From assembly GCF_006345805.1 (NCBI RefSeq), contig NC_043000.1:22320001-22384000 (forward strand): a stretch of 64,000 bases of DNA. Reading direction: 5' to 3'. Made by a program: the position numbers and the translations under genes. Positions 12,244-23,990 of this stretch are shown here, one piece after another (the stretch's first letter is position 1; each line of letters opens with the position of its first letter). Below the pieces are notes generated by a model that was not told the DNA's origin, did no database searches, and saw only the letters and a program-made list of their open reading frames with translations. The DNA is from Octopus sinensis (lineage: Eukaryota).

Positions 12244-14464
12244 ATTTTTCAATTCCTGAGCATTATACTAATACATCTGTTTGTTTTCTACACCGCCTGT
12301 CTTCATCTTTTGTTTTTTCGTGAATTCTTCCCCCCTATATATATATATCTCATCATCATCATCATCGTTTAACGTCCGTTTTCCATTCTAGCATGGGTTG
12401 GACGGTTCGACTGGGGTCTGGGAAGCCAGGAGGCTGCACCAGGCTCCAGTGTGATCTGACAGTGTTTCTACAGCTGGATGCCCTTCCTAATGCCAACCAC
12501 TCCGTGAGTGTAGTGGGTGTTTTTTATGTGCCACTGGCACAGGGGCCAGAGGAAGCTGGCAAACAGCCACGATCGGTTGGTGCCTTTACGTGTCACTGAC
12601 ACACACGCCAGTCAGGCGGCGCTGGCATCTGCCACATTCGGATGGTGCTTTTTACGTGTCACCAGCATGGGTATCTTAACAACAATTTCCATTTGATTTT
12701 ATTTTGGTGTTATATATATATACACACACATATATATATAAATAAAAGCACATGGCTTAGTGGTTAGGGTGTTGCACTTACAATTGCTAGATCGTGGGTT
12801 TGATTCCCAGACCAAGCATTGCGTTATGTTCTTGAGCATAGCACTTCATTTCACATTGCTCTGCAATCATTTCGGCGTCTGACATACAGTTGCACCTGTA
12901 CAGGTAATGTTGATTTGACGGAGGGAGTGAGCTTATGTCTACACAAACATTTGATTACTATAATCAAATCATCTGTGTGGTTCTTCAGTAAGAAATTGTC
13001 AAACCCTCATATGTCATCTAACAACGGGAGAGTCCATTATATATATATATAAAATCTTTTTTACCGTTTTCCTTTTAATTGTTTCAGTCATTAGACTGTG
13101 GCCATGCTGGGACACTGCTGTGAAGAATTTTTAGTTGAACAAACACTTATTTTGTTAAAACCTGATACTTATTCTATCAGTCTCTTTTGCCAAACTGCTA
13201 AGTTATGGAAATATAAACATACCAGCACCAATTGTCAAGTGCTGGTGGTGGGGGACACAAACACAGACAAAAAGACACACACACACACATATATACAATG
13301 GGCTTGTTTCAGCTTCCAGTTACCAAATCCAGTCACAAGGCTTTGGTTGGTCTAGGGTTATAGAAGACACTTGTTCGAGGTGCCACACAGTGGGACTGGA
13401 CCTAAAACCATGTGGTTAGGAAGCAAGCTTCTTACCACACAGCCATGCCAGTGCCTTCCCATGCTAGCATGGAAAGCGGACGTTAAACGATGATGATGAT
13501 GTGTGTGTGTGTGTATGCTGTCTCCCACTCTCTCTCTCTCTTCTCTTGCACTTCCCTCAAGTTGGGTAACCATGCATTTCCTTTGTGGCAGCCCATCCGT
13601 TTCTGTCTTCATTCCTGATCGCTCTCTCTCTCTGGCTGGGTAACCTTGTACCTCCTCTAAAGTAAGACACCTGTTTCTCTCTCTCTGTCTCATTATCACC
13701 TTTCACCATCCAACACAAGATTACCTCCTCTTATTCCCCTTCTCCTCACAAAAGAAGTTTTTTTGTTTTGTCTTGCAAGTAGTTGGTGACCCTGTCAGTG
13801 CAGGTGCCACGTAAAAAAAAAAGATTTTTTCGTGGCCATTGCCAGTACTGCCTAACTGGCCCTTGTACTGGTGGCACGTAAAAGCACCCACTACACTCTC
13901 AAAGTGGTTGGCGTTAGGAAGGGCATCCAGCAGTAGAAACTCTGCCAGATCAAGATTGGAGCCTGGTGCAGCCATCTGGTTCGCCAGTCCTCAGTCAAAT
14001 CATCCAACCCATGCCAGCATGGAAAGCGGACGTTAAACAATGATAATGATGATGATGATATATGTTTGTATGTTTATATGAGTAACTGTATATGAGAAAT
14101 AAAATGCTCAGTTGGCAGCCAATCTGTGAAAGGAGAATCTGAGTGAGTTTGCATAAATTAAGTCCTTCAAACACAATGTTAATATTTTTAGTAACAGAAA
14201 CACACCATTCATTTAACTTTTTAAATTTTATTTGTGTTTTAATAACCCACTTTAATAGAAACAACACAAAGGCATTCCAACTTTCCCAATCCAGTCAATA
14301 CAACTGTTTTTATGTATCATCCTCAGATTTGCAAAAAATAGTGCATCACAGCACAGAATTTTTGAATTAATGAACCTAACGAATGTTAATCTGTTTTAAA
14401 TTTCTCTTCATTATTTTTTTTATATATTCGAAAGTAATGCACACACACACACACACACATTTAA

Positions 14465-14877
14465 CAATAAATACCTATTTCTTTACTACCCACAAGGGGC
14501 TAAACACAGAGAGGTCAAACAAGGACAGACAAACGGATTAAGTTGATTACATCGACCCCAGTGCGTAACTGGTACTAAATTTATCGACCCCGAAAGGATG
14601 AAAGGCAAATTCGACCTTGGCGGAATTTAAACTCAGAATGTAGCAGCAGACGAAATACCTATTTCTTTACTACCCACAAGGGGCTAAACACAGAAGGGAC
14701 AAACGGATTAAGTTGATTACATCAACCCCAGAGCGTAACTGGTACTTAATTTATCGACCCTGAAAGGATGAAAGGCAAAGTTGACTTGGGTGGAATTTGA
14801 ACTCAGAACGTAACGGCAGACGGAATACCGCTAAGCATTTCGCCCGGCATGCTAATGTTTCTGCCAGCTCGCCGCCT
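14465..14877 (-). mobile_element. SINE family B (ggcggcgagctggcagaaacgttagc head) with internally duplicated 3' module
   Basis: Two tandem aatacctatttctttactacccacaagggg modules; other copies at 7290-7565, 9830-10240, 32207-32590, 37300-37810, 46065-46290, 52710-52868, 53410-53595, 54760-54990 and 56410-56640. Confidence 0.85.
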
Positions 14878-17643
14878 TTTTAACATTATATACCACCATT
14901 GTTTCAATGTTCCCTTTTGTATGCTTGCATGGTTCAGACACAATTTGTTGAGGCAGATTTTCTATGGCCAAATGCCCTTTATGTTGTCAACCCTCATCTA
15001 TTTCCAAGCAAGGTAATATTTACCCATGACTGGACATATTTTCAAAGAGGACTGGAAACAAAAGACACTACTTCTGTGATGGTGATGCTTGCTTGCAATT
15101 ATCACACAATGTCAGGACAAAGAGAGACAAACACATACACGTGTGTGTGTGTGTGTGTATATGAACTGGCAACAGGAAGTGTATCCAGCTAGAGAAAATT
15201 CACCTCAACAAATTCCATCTGACCTGTGCAAGAATGGAAATGTGAATATTAAAATGCTGCTGCTGACATCCATCCATCCAGCTATCTATCTATCTATCTC
15301 CTATTGATCGTTTTTTCTTTTTCTTTTTTTTCTTCCCCTTTTACAATCCCTTTTGATCACAAACCTACCTCTACTTTGTAATCTGTCCCGTCTGTGTGGC
15401 TAATAAAGAAACATATCTATCTATCTATCTATGTTGGACCACTGAACTCAACACATTTTTTCCATTATCTATTTCCTCTTATTCCTTTCTGTTGAAGGGC
15501 ATAGGCTTACGTCGCCTTACTGGCACATGAAAAAACATTCGAACAAAGCGGACATTAAACGATGATGATGATGATACATACATATATATGTATGTATATA
15601 TCAGTGGTGAATCTGCCACTTGGTCTGTTCGGGCTTAGCCCGAGTATAAATCTAGTAAAGTGAACATGTATTTGCAGGCTGATTTAATTTCTACCAATAC
15701 TGACTTCAAGTATGTAATTGCAGCCAATAACTCAAACTCCTTTTATTGAGCCTGGTTGCAGTTCATTTACTTTTGTTCAGCATCTGGTAGTCATCTTAGA
15801 GATACCCTGTGTCAAAAAATATCATTCGTAGCAGACGTTCTTTTGACATCATTCACACACACTGACTTGGGCTCAGAAGTTACAGCCCAAGTTGTTATCG
15901 ATAATCGCAAAAATTAAAAGCAACTCAAATTTAATGTTTTCTTAAAACAATAAATTCATATAGAGATTAGGACTTAAATTCCAATCTATGAAAAGTTTCT
16001 GCTCTACAATAATCTTAAAGGAATGAAAAATTACCCAGCAAATCAGGCAAACACGAATGAGCCTGGTAGGTGTAAAAGACTAACAGGCATCTCTTGTCAA
16101 GAGTACAGGCGACAGTCAGATTGCTGGTGGTTGTTGTGGACTCAGCTGTCGTTATTTGATTGCTGATATTCTGTGCATCTGTGTGTAAAGATCAGTTGTG
16201 TTTTGCAGGGTTGTTTTATTTTTACCCTTAACTTAGAAATGGAGAAAGATATAGTGCTAGATATAAAAAATAAGCCATTTGGGGCTAGAAATATTGCAGA
16301 AAAACATGAAATTCTTTGAGCAGGCATGTGTCTGATACAAAATTTATGATGAGCTCAAGCCTGGAGTTGCCTCTGATATATATATATATATATGGTCACA
16401 GACTCCTGTCACCCACACAAGGATCTCAGTCATGTTGGATTGCCTTGAGTATACATACCTAACACAAAAGGCTTTGGCTGGTTCAAGGTTAAAGAAGATA
16501 CTTGCCCAAGGTGTCGCACAGTGGTATTGAATCTGAAACTAAGTGCTCGTGAAGCAAATGTCTGAACCACAAACACATACCTGCATCCATATATGTGTGT
16601 GTCTGTGTGTATTCTTGTTGTATCATATACACAGAAACTAAGTACATTTCATTATTTTAGTCTTTACTTTTAAAAATTTTATATTCATTTATTCAATAAC
16701 CCATTAATAATTATTATTGAAATATATAAAAAAAAAAAGTTAAAACATATTCTTTAAGTTAGTACTTTTCAGGTATGCTGATTAAAAAAAATATTATTCT
16801 GCTGTAAGATACTGCTTTGGTTAATTTCAGGGTACTTATAAACAAAATCTGTTTCAGAAGTATACACAGGTAAAATATGTATTACTTTACTGTCTATAAC
16901 ACCACCCATCTCTGCTACTATCATTAATCTGCTAAACTGCATTAATCTGTCACTCCACCCATCTGCATGGTTATCCAAGACTTCACCCACCTCTATTACT
17001 ATCTACCTTCTCTGCCAGCCTCTATTATCATTCATGGCTCCACCCATTTCTGTTCCTACCTGTCATTTGCTCTCTCTCTCATATTTGTAGCTACCATCAC
17101 TGTCTCTCCTCCATTATTCCCTCCTCTACCACCCTCCCACTCCAGTCACAGTTTCTCCAATCATGTTCTCTCTTCTATCATCCTCTCATCTTGGGTCTTT
17201 CTTCTATTCACTCTCTCCATCACACTGTCTTGAACGAACAGAATAGTTAAGACTGTTTTGTCTTGTGGATTACAAGGCAGCCACACTAACACTGGAACTA
17301 TGATAACATGCACTCAATACACTCTGCAAGGTAATTGACAAATGAACAGCAACAGCTCAGGGTGAAGAGGACCTTTTAGTATTACTGAGAACATGATAAC
17401 CTCTCTAGTGCTGGTGGCACAACAAAATGCACTCAGTACAACGGTTGGTGTTATGAAGGGCAATAAGCTGTAGAAACCATGTTTAAATTGGAATGAGCAT
17501 GTTCTCTGATATGTTTAAGAGGGCAGTAATTTCAAATAAGAATTAATTTGGACAATGATAACCCAACCAACAGTCCACTGTTCTGGTTTTTTTTTTTTTA
17601 TCCCACACAACAATAGCATAAAAAGAATGTATCTACATTATTA

Positions 17644-19300
17644 TACTGGGCAAGAAAAAAATTTTTTTGTCATGCTCTTTAAACTTTTTCATCTGATTTA
17701 GGGTAATTCTAGGGTGCTGAATCCAAATCTGACACCAGTTTTCAGAAAGCACGTGTAGTTTTTAGTTATTTACAGCATCAGATTTTCCAACCAATTGATA
17801 ATATTGACAAAGTAGTAGACTCTTTGCTATTGATTGACATTCATATACTTATCACTGAAACAAAAATAAGTGCCGATAGAGGGAAATGTAGGCTACCTGT
17901 TAAATTGCTACACAAGATGAGAATTTATTTCACTTTGTTATCGCTGTAATTATAGTAAAGATCTCCTCACAGTAGGCTATTGATATTAGGTTATAGTAAG
18001 CCACTCAGACTCCCTTTTCTTTATAACTGCGAGTGCTGTTAAAACAATGTACATCAAATAAGAGAGCCAGGTTATATGAAAAGTAGTTTTAGTAGTAAGT
18101 TTAGTTATTTATTAAAGTGATCAATGATTGAAATTTAGAGATGGAAAAAATTGTTTTGTGATAGCCAAAGCTTCAGTACATTCTGTAATAACTTCAATGA
18201 TTTTTTTTCATGTTTTATAGTAACATCTACAATTGATTGATTTTATATTTTAGTTTACTGATAGGCTTCCTTGAGTGCTGTTTTAGGCTATTACTGTATG
18301 CATTTATGATGAGTAGAAAAGTTTGTGTTAATCACCCAGACAGCTTTTGTTACATGTGTGGAAAATTTATGCCAAAAGATCAGAGAAATAATCTTACAAA
18401 GAAATTTTTAAATGTTTACAAGCTTTACTTTGGGTGCAAAGTTGGGGGAACAAGATAACCAGTGGGTGCCTCGTGTTTGTTGCAAAAACTGCTACATAGC
18501 ACTAACCCAATGGCTGAATGGTAAACAGGAAAGTATGCCATTTGCAGTACCAATGATATGGTGTGAACCAAGTTGTTGGTTTACTGCTTGGGTTGCAAAT
18601 GGGATAGACAAAACATAAGTGCTTTTTGTGTCTTTGGAACAGCAGAGATGACAAGCATCACTATGATCAAAAAGAGTGGCCAAAAAGAAGTGATTTCACT
18701 CCAGGGAGATACAACATCAAATATATCTCTTTAGTTAACCCTCAGAAAATTTACCTTCCTCCCCTACACATTAAACTTGGCTTGTTTTAGAATTTTGTTA
18801 AGGCCATGAATGAAGACAGTGAAGGATTCAAATATCTCAGTGAAAAATTTGTTTCTAGCAAGAGTGAAGCTGAGATCAAAGCTGGTGTTTTTAATGGACC
18901 AGAAATTCGCACACTAATTTGGGATGAGCTTTTTCAAGAAAAATTAAGCCCAGTAGAAAAAACTGCTTGGGAAAAGCTTGTTTCTCTTGTAAAAAATTAT
19001 TTGGGAAGTGAAAACTCATCTACGTTGCAACTGTGAATGATTTTTTGAAAGCTTATAAGCAACTTGGGGCAAGAACGTCTCTAATAATTCCTTTTCACTA
19101 CTCTCATCTTGACTTTTCTCCACCCAATATGGGTGATGTAAGCAATGGGCATGGTGAACGATTTCATCAAGAATTCAAAGAACTAGAAAATTACTACAGT
19201 TGCAGACTTACACCAAACATGCTGAGGACTACTGCTGGTTTTTAAAATGAGAAATGGACATGCAACATAAGCGTAAAAGAAGACATCAGGAAGCTTGTAA
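17644..19300 (+). mobile_element. Internally deleted, degenerate Chapaev3-like (CMC) DNA transposon
   Basis: Frameshifted transposase pieces: MSRKVCVNHPDSFCYMCG..YFGCKVGEQDNQW.PRVCCKNC..FAVPMIWCEP; VVGLLLGLQMG*TKHKCFLCLWNSR; PPLHIKLGL; IKAGVFNGPEIR; HYSHLDF..NMGDVSNGHGERFHQ. Left end tta|tactgggcaagaaaaaa resembles a CACTGGG terminus after TWA. No right TIR found. Confidence 0.75.
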
Positions 19301-19708
19301 TATTTAAAATTATTTCTGTTCTTATTTACACTCTGTTGTGCATAATATATGTAGGCATGGCTGTGTGGTTAAGAAGTTCACTTTACAACTACACAATTCC
19401 AGGTTCAGTCCCACTGCATGGCACCTTGAGCAAATATTTTCTACTGTGGCACCACACTGACCAATGTCTTGTGAGTAATTTTCTTTTGTTTTTGTGATTC
19501 CATTTGAACCTCCCCCTTGCTTGATAATTACTGTTGGTTTGATTAAACCCTGTAACTTAGCAGTACAGCAAAAAGTGACCAATAAAATAAGTACAAAACT
19601 TTAAAAAATAAGTACTGGGGTTGATTTGTTGCCCCAGCATGGCAGTAGTCCAATGACTGAAAAAAGTAAAAGTAATGTGTATATATATCATGTAATATAT
19701 TATACATC

Positions 19709-19740
<32 letters not shown>

Positions 19741-19900
19741 GGAAGAATTCACGACAAAAACAGAAGACGAAGACAGGTGGTGTAGAAAACAAACAGATGT
19801 ATTAGTATCATGCTCGGGAATTGAAAAAGTCTTTTACGTTTTGAGCCTACGCTCTTCCACAGAAAGGAACACAGAAAGAAACAAGGAGAGAAAAGAAAAA
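19741..19900 (-). mobile_element. Penelope pLTR-like repeat (family 2) with hammerhead-like motif at 19831-19866
   Basis: Reverse complement of 12180-12335; motif CUUU-CUGUGGA-A-GAGC-GUAG-GCUC-AAAA-CG-UA-AAAG. Confidence 0.5.
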
Positions 19901-19937
19901 GGATATCTATCGATCTATCTATATATATATGTATGTA

Positions 19938-20766
19938 TAGGGTGGGTGGAAAGTAACTAGGCCTAAGAAATTGTTTATGGAATTTTTAGTATCATTGAAG
20001 TCATGAAACATTTTTTAAACAAACAATACTAATGGGGATTTCTTATTTTCCAGATGGCTAGTCACTTGACTGTTCAGGAGTGAGCTGAGATAGCAGCACG
20101 CACTGAAGTGTGGAATTCCATTGTTTTGGTTCAGAGATAATGGTGTGCATGGAAAGGTAAGCATGCAAAGCTGATGACTGCGAGCTCTGTAAATGATGCA
20201 AGAAGAAGTGGCCATCCAACCACATTCCGATCAGCGGAGAATGTGGCAACAGTGCAGGAAATGTTTAATAGCAGCCTGCAAAAATCAACATGTTAAGCTG
20301 TTCATGAAAGTGGACTAACAAGACATACAATATGTACGGTGTTGCATAAAGAATTGAATTTTCGTCTGTGGAAACCCCATTATGTGCAGGAGCTAAAACT
20401 TGAAAACTGTGACCGCAGAAGTCCAGAACTCCAAGATCTCCAGATCTCACTCCATGTGATTTTTACCTATGGGGTTACACAAAAGAGGAGTTGTACAAAA
20501 CAAAACCTCGCACACCAGAGGACTTGGAGACACTGATTCAGGAGGTTCTCAATGATATTCCAGGCGACGTCCTCCAGGAGGTTGTTTATTCCATTCCTGG
20601 CTGTTTAACAAAACTGGTTGCGCCACCAGTGCTTACGTTGAAATATGAAGATATACTTTCATTTTCCCATGTAATAAAGAACATGTATCATTTGTTTCAA
20701 TAAATTCATAAGGAATATGCATTTTATTACCAATTTTTAATGCCTACTTACTTTTTACCCTCCCTG
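19938..20766 (+). mobile_element. Non-autonomous Tc1/mariner element (internal deletion derivative)
   Basis: TA-flanked imperfect TIRs (tagggtgggtggaaagtaactaggc versus reverse complement cagggagggtaaaaagtaagtaggc); N-terminal MASHLTVQE*AEIAAR..VWNSIVLVQR and C-terminal RSPDLTPCDFYLWGYTKEELYKTKPRT, with the central catalytic region missing. Confidence 0.85.
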
Positions 20767-20811
20767 TATAAAAACACATATACAAAAATATACATATACA
20801 AAAATATAATA

Positions 20812-21177
20812 GGAGCACTCCGTCGGTTTCGACGATGAGGGTCCCAGCTGATACGATCAACGGAACAGCTTGCTCGTGATATTAACGTGCAAGTGGCTGA
20901 GCACTCCACAGACACGTGTACCCTTAACGTAGTTCTCGAGGAGATTCAGCATGACACAGAGTGTGACAAGGCTGGCCCTTTGAAATACAGGTACAACAGA
21001 AACAGGAAGAGAGAGTGAGAGAAAGTTGTGGTGAAAGAGTACAGCAGGGTTCACCACCACCCCCTGCCGGAGCCTCGTGGAGCTTTAGGTGTTTTCGCTC
21101 AATAAACACTCACAATGTCCGGTCTGGGAATCGAAACCGCGAGTCCGCTGCCCTAACCACTGGGCCATTGCGCCTCC
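20812..21177 (-). mobile_element. tRNA-headed SINE (ggaggcgcaatggcccagtgg family)
   Basis: A box TGGCCCAGTGG and B-box-like gtttcgattccc; related copies at 59934-60310, 54135-54345 and, partially, 6510-6650. Confidence 0.8.
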
Positions 21178-22563
21178 GCACAGGCTGTTAACAGGCATAC
21201 TAATAGACAAACAATATATTCACTCTATTATGGAATCTGCATATGAAACCCAATGTAGCCCTATATATTCACTGTATCTAGGGGAAAAAAAAGACCCTGG
21301 ATAATCACAGCTGAAACACTTTTCTATTATTTCCTATTCTAGAAGGTTTTTACACACACACACACACACACAGACAGACACAGACACACACACATGTACA
21401 CAAGCACTTATTGTTATGGGAGAATCCTGAACACCCCTGCGTGACTGAAGGTGGACTCACCGATTATCATAAAGAAGAACCAAGTGAACTGTTAACGGGC
21501 TGGTTTAACAGTCAATAGTTGAACAGTGAAATACTGAGTATCATACCTACGTTCGAGTAGTGTGGAGTGCGTTCTGTGTTTTAACATATATTTCTGCAAT
21601 GGGTTATTTTTAGATAACCATAACCAACTATTTATTTGTGTAATACCATTTTACACCAGATGTGTATACCCACATCATAATACTTATACATGCATATTCT
21701 TGCAGCAGTACATGTACACAAACTAATTGGTTTGTTTTTTTCTCTTTCAATTCAATTAAATAGTTAATTACCTTTTTGGTACGTTATTGAAAAAAATTGC
21801 TGCACTATAATGCATTGTTTTGAATATTTTGAGGATTACATCCAAACAGATAAACAGAATTAGAATCTAAGTGATGTGTAGCTTGAGAGATGAAACTGAA
21901 TTTCTATAATTAATGACTTTTAGATCTAATAATATAGCACCAAGGGGCAGAAAGAGAAAATTGAATGTAAACATTGGGAGGAGGGGAGGAGGAGGAGAAG
22001 GGGGAACAGAAGAACAACAAAAGACTCTTCTATAACTGCAGGTAGGGATTTAAGAAAGAGTAGGCAGACAGAATAACCATCTGACTGTTCTACCCTTTCA
22101 GACATTTCATAAGAAGAGAAGGGAGAGGGAAAACAAAACAATCAACAATTCTGTAATTTCTGAGCAAATGATTTGCCATGGAACTAAATCCATTGCTTCT
22201 TGTATGTATATATATATATATGTATGTATGTATATATTTTGTTTCATACACTTTGTATGTACAGATATGTATACAAGTGTAAACATGTTTATATATTAAC
22301 TTTGGTATAAGCACCTGTTTTTATGGAGTGCCGTAAGACAATAGGCAACTTGATAGAAAAATACGAGATGTATTCCTGTAAAAGTTTGTAACAGGAGAAC
22401 ATGAAATACTTGAGAATGACTGCTGGTCTAATAGAGTCACTTTGTTTAAACTGATCTCTTAAAATAATGATGTTGAGGATAAAGATGAAGATAGTTTAAT
22501 AGAAGTAGTAAGAAACCTGCCGTGTAACGAACACACAGAATAATTTACTAGCAACTAACAGTG

Positions 22564-22569
22564 TTTATT
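22564..22569 (-). terminator. Candidate polyadenylation signal (AATAAA) of the PRMT gene
   Basis: tttatt on the plus strand about 35 nt past the TGA stop. An alternative AATAAA lies at 21631-21636. Confidence 0.35.
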
Positions 22570-22603
22570 ATTTCGGTCTGTTTTAAGTGATTTAGTAGAG
22601 AAC

Positions 22604-23962
22604 TCAAGAAGTGGAATCTGAAATATCTTGCTCACTTTCCTCATCCATTTCTTCTGATGTAACAGTAATCACATTGTCATTCTGCAGTTCGGTTTGCTCA
22701 TCATCATATTTCTCTACAATGGTTTTAATTAGCTGACATCTAGGTGCACTGCAGTTACACGGAATACTGTGCTGTTCAGGTGTATCAATATCATCCCCAG
22801 TAATATTTATACTATCGTCTGTTGCAGCTTCATTTTCAATAGCATCGTCAGGCACCTCAATACATATGTTATAATGTCTTTTATTTCCACTATCCTGCGA
22901 CAGAGTCAGAGTACAAGGAATCTCATCGTCACAATCAACTAGCAATGGCGTTGGTAAAAAGAACACAGTTTGCTTCCAATGAGTTGCTTCTGCAAAAGGT
23001 GAAGTTGATAGAGTTAAATTTTTAGAAAATTCTTTGTTGATTTTATCTTCAAAAATCACATCAAACCAACACGCAAAACCATGAACACTTCCAGTTTTCT
23101 GAAGACTAAACATAAATGTTTTGCTAATTGATTGTATTTCGGTTAATGCAACTGTCTTTAAATCAATATCAAAAACTGGAAGAGCTGGAGACATTAATTG
23201 GTCTGGTTTTAGAACTTCAATAACAGGATCACTGAAGTATTTCTTGAGAGACAATGGAATCATTGGTGAGAAATCAAGTCCATAGACATTCTTCCAGAAA
23301 GAAAAATGGTCATTGTGATATTCTTTCATAGAAACAGGAGATAAATGTAAACTTGCCCTTGAAGGAAGTAAAATACCACTTGGTGAGAGCCATTTATCAC
23401 GCGCGTAGAGTACCGAGTCTAACATGGATTCATGAAGCAAATAAAATCCCATCCATTCAGATAAAATGACATCCACACAACTACAGTCAAGTTCAGCTTC
23501 TTCAATAGGTTTATGAATAACGGTAATCTGATTTTCAAAATGATTCTGATAGACAATATCTTCACAGATCTCTGCAATGTCACTTGCTTCAACAGCATAC
23601 ACTTTCTTTGCTCCAGCTTGGGCTGCAAAACAAGAAAGAATACCTGTTCCAGCCCCAACGTCCAGAACAATCTTGTCTTGAAATAAATATTTGTTGTTCT
23701 CAATAAAATGCTTATAAGCCAGTGTTCTTGGTCTATCTTTAATCATGAGCTCATGGACGGATACATTCGTATAACTGTCAAAATAATTGGACTGTGATTC
23801 TGTGATACTTTTCTCTTTTGTATCTTCTGGAAATGATTGGTTCATGTTCGCTGCATCATCTAGACTTTGGTTTTTTGCAGGTGACTTATTCTGTAGTTCT
23901 TGTGAAGGAGTCGAGTTCTTGACTGATGTCTTCTTAACCAGAATGGATTCCTTGCAGTCCAT
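22604..23962 (-). CDS. Type I protein arginine N-methyltransferase, PRMT6/Art8-like (CDS in a single exon)
   Basis: 452-aa ORF with the PRMT motifs in order: YFDSY (YFxxY), HELMIKDRPRT, motif I VLDVGAGTG, post-I VYAVEAS, motif II plus double-E loop VDVILSEWMGFYLLHESM, motif III LSPSGILLP and THW loop STSPFAEATHWKQ. A polypyrimidine tract plus AG (minus strand ...tttatttttatttctatag|tttggaaaATG) puts an exon start at 23970. Subfamily call is from remembered sequences, so no symbol is given. Confidence 0.95.
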   Translation of the reverse strand: MDCKESILVKKTSVKNSTPSQELQNKSPAKNQSLDDAANMNQSFPEDTKEKSITESQSNYFDSYTNVSVHELMIKDRPRTLAYKHFIENNKYLFQDKIVLDVGAGTGILSCFAAQAGAKKVYAVEASDIAEICEDIVYQNHFENQITVIHKPIEEAELDCSCVDVILSEWMGFYLLHESMLDSVLYARDKWLSPSGILLPSRASLHLSPVSMKEYHNDHFSFWKNVYGLDFSPMIPLSLKKYFSDPVIEVLKPDQLMSPALPVFDIDLKTVALTEIQSISKTFMFSLQKTGSVHGFACWFDVIFEDKINKEFSKNLTLSTSPFAEATHWKQTVFFLPTPLLVDCDDEIPCTLTLSQDSGNKRHYNICIEVPDDAIENEAATDDSINITGDDIDTPEQHSIPCNCSAPRCQLIKTIVEKYDDEQTELQNDNVITVTSEEMDEESEQDISDSTS

Positions 23963-23970
23963 TTTCCAAA

Positions 23971-23990
23971 CTATAGAAATAAAAATAAAG
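23971..23990 (-). promoter_or_regulatory. 3' splice acceptor 8 nt upstream of the PRMT ATG
   Basis: Minus strand reads ctttatttttatttctatag|tttggaaaATG: T-rich tract, then TAG. Confidence 0.7.
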
